Below are positions 58,113 to 64,000 of a stretch of 64,000 bases of DNA, in pieces (within the stretch, counting starts at the first letter, position 1; each line of letters begins with the position of its first letter). A program made the translations under genes and the position numbers. The DNA comes from Carpediemonas membranifera BICM (Eukaryota; Protista; Fornicata). Where the stretch lies: positions 1 through 64,000 of the forward strand of contig JAHDYR010000003.1 in NCBI GenBank assembly GCA_019828565.1. The letters are read 5' to 3'. The notes under the pieces were generated by a model. It saw nothing but the letters and a program-made list of their open reading frames with translations, was not told the DNA's origin and searched no databases.

Positions 58113-61100
58113 ATGATACAAGCTTCAATTCTCACGCAAAAGCAGATCATAGAGCTGTGCGAAGCTCTCCGATCAGCGCCATTTCCACAGAGAAAATCAT
58201 ACTTATACTTCAAGAACGTTACCGGCCCCTCCAAAGCAGTTGCAAAGCATCTAATCAACAACCTTTATGTGATAGGAGAACCCATAATCGTCGAGCCCTT
58301 CCAAACCTTCCAGTCCGATTCTCCCAAAGTGCGCAAAACCATCTCCGTCGCGAAAGGCTTGCCCCGCAGGCATCTCATAGCAACTTGTCAGCGCATTGCA
58401 ACTAGTTTTCAACTGTCCATAACTGATGGTCCTCTCCGCGCCTTCCCGTGCACCTTCATCTGCTCGTATCCGCGGTTGCAACATGTATGGCAGTACAAGC
58501 AGGCTTCCGCAAGACCACTGGTATTCCCACTGTCACAACGACCAACTGGACCCGCTTCGTCAACTGGATCGATGGAGCCAAGCCAAACAATCACCCACAG
58601 CAGCCCCCGAGGGTCCCCGCCACGTTCACGGACCCATGGACATGGGACGCGGCCGTCAGTCAAGCCCCAGGACAGCGTGCACCCATTGGCCCTACCATCG
58701 CTCAGAACAGCCGCCCCGGCCCGCTCATATCCAGCTCAGGTCTGCATCTCACTCAGCTATTGGATCTTAGCGTAATTCACATACTATATGGCATCTCCCC
58801 AGCGCTATCATCGCCCGATCTCACCGCCAAATACATGGCTTGGGGTGGTGCCCCCGATACACCTGTGCGCAAGGCCACCAGAAAGGCTGAACCTGTCAAC
58901 GATAGCCTCCTCCTAGCCTGTAAGAGGGAACGTAAGGACCAAGAGAAGCCCACGGAGAACGAGCATAGCTCAAGCGAGTCTTCAGATGTAGAGTTGTGCA
59001 GCCCCATTCAGTTCTCTCCGTCACATCAGCTAACCGATATTCAAGGGCGTATCACAATCGCCATCAACCACCTCAAAGAGCACGACGAAAATGATTCACC
59101 CATGGCGCCAGCATGTGGGCCCCCGTCCCCCTTTGGACCCTTCCTCGAGATCCCGACCCATGCAGACGGGAATTGTGGTCTTCACGCAATGGCTGCTGCA
59201 ATGAAGTTGCAGCTCACGATCACTCGGCCCCAGGCTCTCAGGGCCATCCGAGACGCCCTATCCGCGGAAACGCTCCAGCCATCACCGAGGGTCCGAGGTG
59301 CTGTGGCTAACCTGCGAGTCCCCACATCGTCATTCCGCAACTCCTTCCTCTCTTTCGATACACTTGCCATTATTTCCAAGGCTCTAGGAGTGCAAACCCT
59401 TATCATCTCCGAGATCACCCCTCTTTCGGTCACATGCTACATTTTGGAAGCATCCACGATCGCATCGGTTTCTCTTCCGCTCCCAGCTGCTCTCAGCCTC
59501 GCTCAATGTGGCCTGATATTGCTCCATCATAGCGTAGACCACTTCAAAGCCCTCATTCTTCCTCATGCGAGCAAGCAAGATTTCCACGGGGGCATCTTCC
59601 CTTCCCTCCATCAGTGCGCCGTGGCCAAGGAGGTCCACGAGGGTGTTGGCATTCCCTCGCACAAGCGCACTGGCTCGACGAACAACCAGGGGAGCATGCC
59701 CCTGTCCCACATCATCGTCATAGACTTTGAGGCGATGGGATATGCAGTGGACGACAGTCACCCTGGTGCCCGGGTATGCTACCCAGTGGAAGCAGGCGTA
59801 ACCCTGCTATATAGTACCACAGAACCGGGCACAGACATCCCCATGTGGGAAGTCGGAGGCATCCACTGGGGACCTCTCGCAACGGATTTCCCTGCGGCTC
59901 TCATGCGCTCAGCTCTCGTACAGTCATGCAAAATACACGGGTGCCCTCCAATGACCTTCAAGATTCATCCTGAATCGCGAGGTATAGACATCGTCTTCCC
60001 GTCGCCCAGACAGTGGCTCCACCAACTGGCTGAGATCATGAAACAACTCCCAGGGTGCATCCTGATCGCCAAGGACCCTAGGATGGAAAACACCATCATT
60101 CAATCTCAGGCTGATGCGGCAGATCGGGAGACACTGGGACTGGTCAGAGACATAGCCGACCTGGAGTCGATCGACCGTCAGCTCTTCGCCGGCATTTTCT
60201 CATACGTCAGCACTGACCTCTTTGCCAAGAGAATGGACACAGCCCAAGCGCTAACGTGGGTTAAAGCCCCATGTCCCTTCCATGCCCACTCGGACCCAGG
60301 CTACCACTGCGCGCTAGCAGACACCATAGCGTTTGCGGCTGTTATCAAAACTTTCTCATGTCTAAGCAGAAGGCGCCATGCTATTGCAAGCTCGGACCAA
60401 GACATCACGGACTGGTGGGCAAATGAGCTGGACGGGCTCATTCTTAATTGGACAACAGAACTGATGGACCTCGCCCCAGAATTCCTAACCTCTCTACAGG
60501 TGCCCCCACTCACTTCACTACATGACACCTTCGCCCGCTTCTATATAGTCCCGCGCAACGGATACTCTTACCCCTCTGGCAAGAACACATACGAGGTGAT
60601 GACTCGACCTAAGTTCCGGTCACAACGACGCATCAAGGTGACTGGAAGTGGTTCGATCCACATGCAGCACTCATAGACACAGCAACCCGGAGGGGTTCTC
60701 ACCCCCCTGCCACCCTCGAGGAGACATTCACCGCGCCCATCAGCGTACAAGGTGGCGACACCTCCTTTGGAAACCTCTTAACGGCTGAAGAGGCATACTG
60801 GACATCTCCGCCGTCCACTCAACTCCCACGATCAGTAGAGGAGCTTAGAACGATGAACGCTCCCCCCGCAAACAACACAGGCAACAACATAGTCAAGTCC
60901 TACAAGGCCCCTCGCTTCTGGTTCCTAGTTCCAAGAGACGGCAATGTCCCCCGCCTTCGCAAAGTAAGATCCCGCATGTCGGTGCAGTAGTAGGTGCTGT
61001 CAAGTCCAGACATCAGCATCCCCACCATCAGTGCCATCCTCAACAAGTTTAGCTGGAGAATTGCAAGCCAGTCGCACCTGGCATGCTGCCCTGCTCTCCA

Positions 61101-61973
61101 GCTCGACCTGGACCTCCTTTTCTCGAACCCGTATCAGTTTGCACAGGCATACGACGAGAAACTTATCGCTTGGATCACCTCTTGCATTGACGCCTAGGTT
61201 CGTAACACTTTCGGTTACACAGATGTGCCGCCTCCCCTCAGGCCCTGTCTCCTCCCTTGTTGATCAGTAGACCGGGTTCGCTGTGAGCCTTCTGGCCGGC
61301 GACGTCAACCCTAAGACCACCCCTTGTTCTAACACAGCTGTCTCACCCGGAAGCCCCTCATATGCACCTGAAACCCGAAGAGAACAGCATTTATCCATCA
61401 TCCCCGATCGTAGCTGAGGAGCCTAACGCCCGTTGGGGCCCTCTCATGAGCATCCCAGTTCACGCCGACGGCAACTGTGGCCTTCACTCACTTGCTGTCT
61501 CTCTGGGTATGACGGGCCTGACGAGACGAGAAGCCTTGTCGAAACTTGCCTCCGCCATCCAGAATGGTACAGTGGATCTTAACTCCTCGTGGAGATCCAC
61601 GGTGCGCACTTTAACCATACACACCACCGCTAGCGACATTGGTAGTGCCTTCCTATCCACCACAGACCTCCGCAATATTGCATCGCTCTTCGGAAAAAAT
61701 GTGCTTATTGCTCATCGATATGATGCCAACACAGTCTCAGTAACCATCCCAGCATTATCCGAGTTCTCTACACTTCCTCTCAATATTGACGCGCTCAAAA
61801 CGATGCTCAAAACCGATTACATCCTCATTAGACTGAGTGCACTGCACTTCACGCCTCTTTTTCCGTCTGTGAGGAGCGCAGAAGCAAGGCGCCTGCAATA
61901 TGCTGAATATCGTCCAAGAAGAGCCCCCTCTAGTGTGGCTCGCAACAACATCGCCGCTGAAGGCCTCACACTT
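58113..61973 (+). CDS. Frameshifted polyprotein: OTU protease + Maelstrom-like nuclease + second OTU; probably from a mobile element
   Basis: ADGNCGLH...HF twice (about 59150-59560 and 61450-61865); IDFE..PVE..CPFH-x8-C / HCALAD (59720-60330); cut by LTR H. Confidence 0.7.
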
Positions 61974-62959
61974 TGTGGTTCAATGGGTGTTGAACTTTTA
62001 CTGAGGAGAAGACTCGACACAAGGGTGTCGAGGAGAAACTCCTTGACTATTAAATATAACGTAAATCTGTGTAACTTTGGGTAGGACCCACAACACTGCC
62101 CCTCCATGCCTGGTATAGGCATGACAGAGAGACTTGACGTCAGCATTTCACCAAAGGCCTGGACGGTGCCACCCGACCGCCAACGGTGACTCATAGGGCT
62201 GGCAACCCCATGGCCTGAGTGCTTTCGCATCTAGCTGAACGAAATCAAAATGATGGTATCATGATCTAACTGCGGTACCGCTATGTGAGCTCTGTTTCAA
62301 AAATGGTGAAACGTGACGGAGAGGCTTACCACTGCCCCTCCACGGCCTTCCTAGGCCGTCTTCACAAACCTTATACGTGTTATATGCCATTCCATGTAAT
62401 TCGAAGGCCAAGAACGATTGCTCTAGCAAACACTGCCAATGCTGAGCCCTTATCGCTCATAATCACACAGACGCCGAAAAACGTACTTAGAAGCTCCAAT
62501 TCGGCTCCGTTGAGGAGTTCTGAGGCTTCTAATTTTCTGCGTCCAACTGTACTTGAATAACAACATCAAACTGACCGGAAGGAGCACTAGGAAGCTCCTA
62601 ATGCCTTATTACCGACAATAAATGCATGCTTGAAGACTAAGATGACCTTGTTAGTTGTTCCTTCGACCGTTTCCGAGAAAAGTGCAGGATATGTCGCCGT
62701 CAACTCATTTGATGTCGGACAACACAGCCGTAGAGGCCGTTCTGAAGGAAATTCGTGCCAAAATCACCGAACTTGGTGATGACGATCTGGCTAGGCCACT
62801 TATTGTTGCCCATACGTCCGTTTGTCGTTCCCTTCGCGCTCAGAAGTATCGTGGACGCAAGCGCATGGTCACCGACAATCTGTAAGTAACAAACATCAAC
62901 CGTGAGGTTATATAGTCACCGCGTGCAAGCCTCAGAACGCATCACTCGCACCCCTGACG

Positions 62960-63796
62960 ATGACGACTCTGATGCCCCACGACATCAAGGCCGAGGTTGC
63001 CCGACGCCTGGAAGGTTACACCAACTCCATCGAGCTGCCGCTCCAGCGAATCTTTGACGCTATTGAGCAAGGTCGACTGAACGACGCAGCCGTAGTGCAG
63101 GACGTGAAGCTGACCCAGCAGGTCTTGGCTCTCGTGGCTCACTGCCAGGTCGCGCTTGCCGGTGTGAGGGCCCACCTCAAGCTCGGCAGGAAGCGCTTGA
63201 CCGATGGCGACATCGTGTCGGCCGCGATCCGGGGCCGCGACATCACGCTGGGTGGGTCTTCACCCGGTAATGGTCACTACTCTGCAGCTCTCGTGGCGGC
63301 TGTGCGGACTGCCGGCGGGGTCAAGTCGGACACTACAGCGCGCGGATATCTTAACCGCCTGTTGGTCCTCGTCCTCGCACCGGACTACTTCCGTGTCGCT
63401 GTCTACGGCATCAGCCGGCGCATCCCGGCTCCCAACGACTTCTGGGCAACCCTGGTCAGCCGCTTGTGCCACGACGGCTACCTGCCCGCCATTGGCGATG
63501 AGGCTCACTGGGAGCCGCTTCAGGTCTCTGATCCGGACCGCTACTACACTGTCACGTGCGTAGTCCGTCACGAGTATCTGAAGACGACTTGTGGTCCCGG
63601 GTCTTTTGTGTTGATCCTGCAGTATGACGGATACTCGGGACTCAGCATCGTGTCCCTCAACGCTGATCTCTGCCTTGTCCGGTGTGTGCGAGAGTACTTG
63701 GCTGAGAACGCCCTTGAGCGCCACGCTGACCCGACTTGGTTGGTCGAGCTGACGGACACGGAGGAGACGGAAGACGAGGAATCTAGCTCTGAATAA
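62960..63796 (+). CDS. Antisense accessory ORF of H with degenerate chromodomain (may start in ORF 62655-62885)
   Basis: Same position as in A; YTVTCVVRH...LILQYDGY...VREYL. Confidence 0.65.
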   Translation: MTTLMPHDIKAEVARRLEGYTNSIELPLQRIFDAIEQGRLNDAAVVQDVKLTQQVLALVAHCQVALAGVRAHLKLGRKRLTDGDIVSAAIRGRDITLGGSSPGNGHYSAALVAAVRTAGGVKSDTTARGYLNRLLVLVLAPDYFRVAVYGISRRIPAPNDFWATLVSRLCHDGYLPAIGDEAHWEPLQVSDPDRYYTVTCVVRHEYLKTTCGPGSFVLILQYDGYSGLSIVSLNADLCLVRCVREYLAENALERHADPTWLVELTDTEETEDEESSSE

Positions 63797-63838
63797 ATCG
63801 TTTGTTCCTCGAGGATACAGCTTCGATGTTGAGAAGTT

Positions 63839-64000
63839 TTACAGACCGTCACGCTTGGCTTGGTCAGACTTCAAATATGTATCGAGGGCTTCCAAATCTT
63901 TGACGTGCGAATAAGGTTCGAATGAAGCCTCTGAATCCTCGAATCCGACCCAGTGTACGAGGTACTCGCGCCTTGACTTGGGGCCCGAGCCTCTAGAGCG
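63839..64000 (-). CDS. pol C-terminal chromodomain of H (partial)
   Basis: Translates as REYLVHWVGFEDSEASFEPYSHVKDLEALDTYLKSDQAKRDGL*. Confidence 0.9.
   Translation of the reverse strand, partial: RSRGSGPKSRREYLVHWVGFEDSEASFEPYSHVKDLEALDTYLKSDQAKRDGL

Larger units (their letters stand above)
61974..64000 (-). mobile_element. Gypsy element H, 3' end (relative of A)
   Basis: LTR 61974-62095 resembles LTR A; PPT complement CTGCCCCT; pol tail similar to A. Confidence 0.85.

Noticed and set aside
62882-62915. GTAAGT...TAG intron joining ORFs 62655 and 62960
   Set aside because: None of the nearby AG acceptors gives an in-frame join; unresolved without RNA data

Overview
Eukaryotic-type DNA (tRNA-Ala with AGC anticodon, no CCA encoded, TTTT terminator; likely a protist) made almost entirely of nested transposable elements. 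Left to right: a hypothetical gene, a broken DDE-transposase-like region and two inverted repeats; a head-to-tail array of three CRE-like (RT + restriction-like endonuclease) non-LTR elements joined at nt 14/15 of a tRNA-Ala gene that is intact after the last copy; two DIRS/PAT-like tyrosine-recombinase retroelements; a full-length APE-RT LINE (14-bp TSD) whose ORF1 carries a Maelstrom/arenavirus-NP-like DEDDh + E-C-H-C nuclease domain; and eight Ty3/gypsy elements with very short LTRs (labelled A-H here, seven with a chromodomain visible) plus a solo LTR. A second Maelstrom-like domain lies between two OTU protease domains near the right end. All six gypsy 5' junctions visible have a perfect 10-12 bp palindrome instead of a tRNA primer-binding site, and two related elements carry a convergent antisense gene with a second, degenerate chromodomain. 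Most frameshifts look like single-base long-read errors. All calls come from motif reading by eye; no searches were run.
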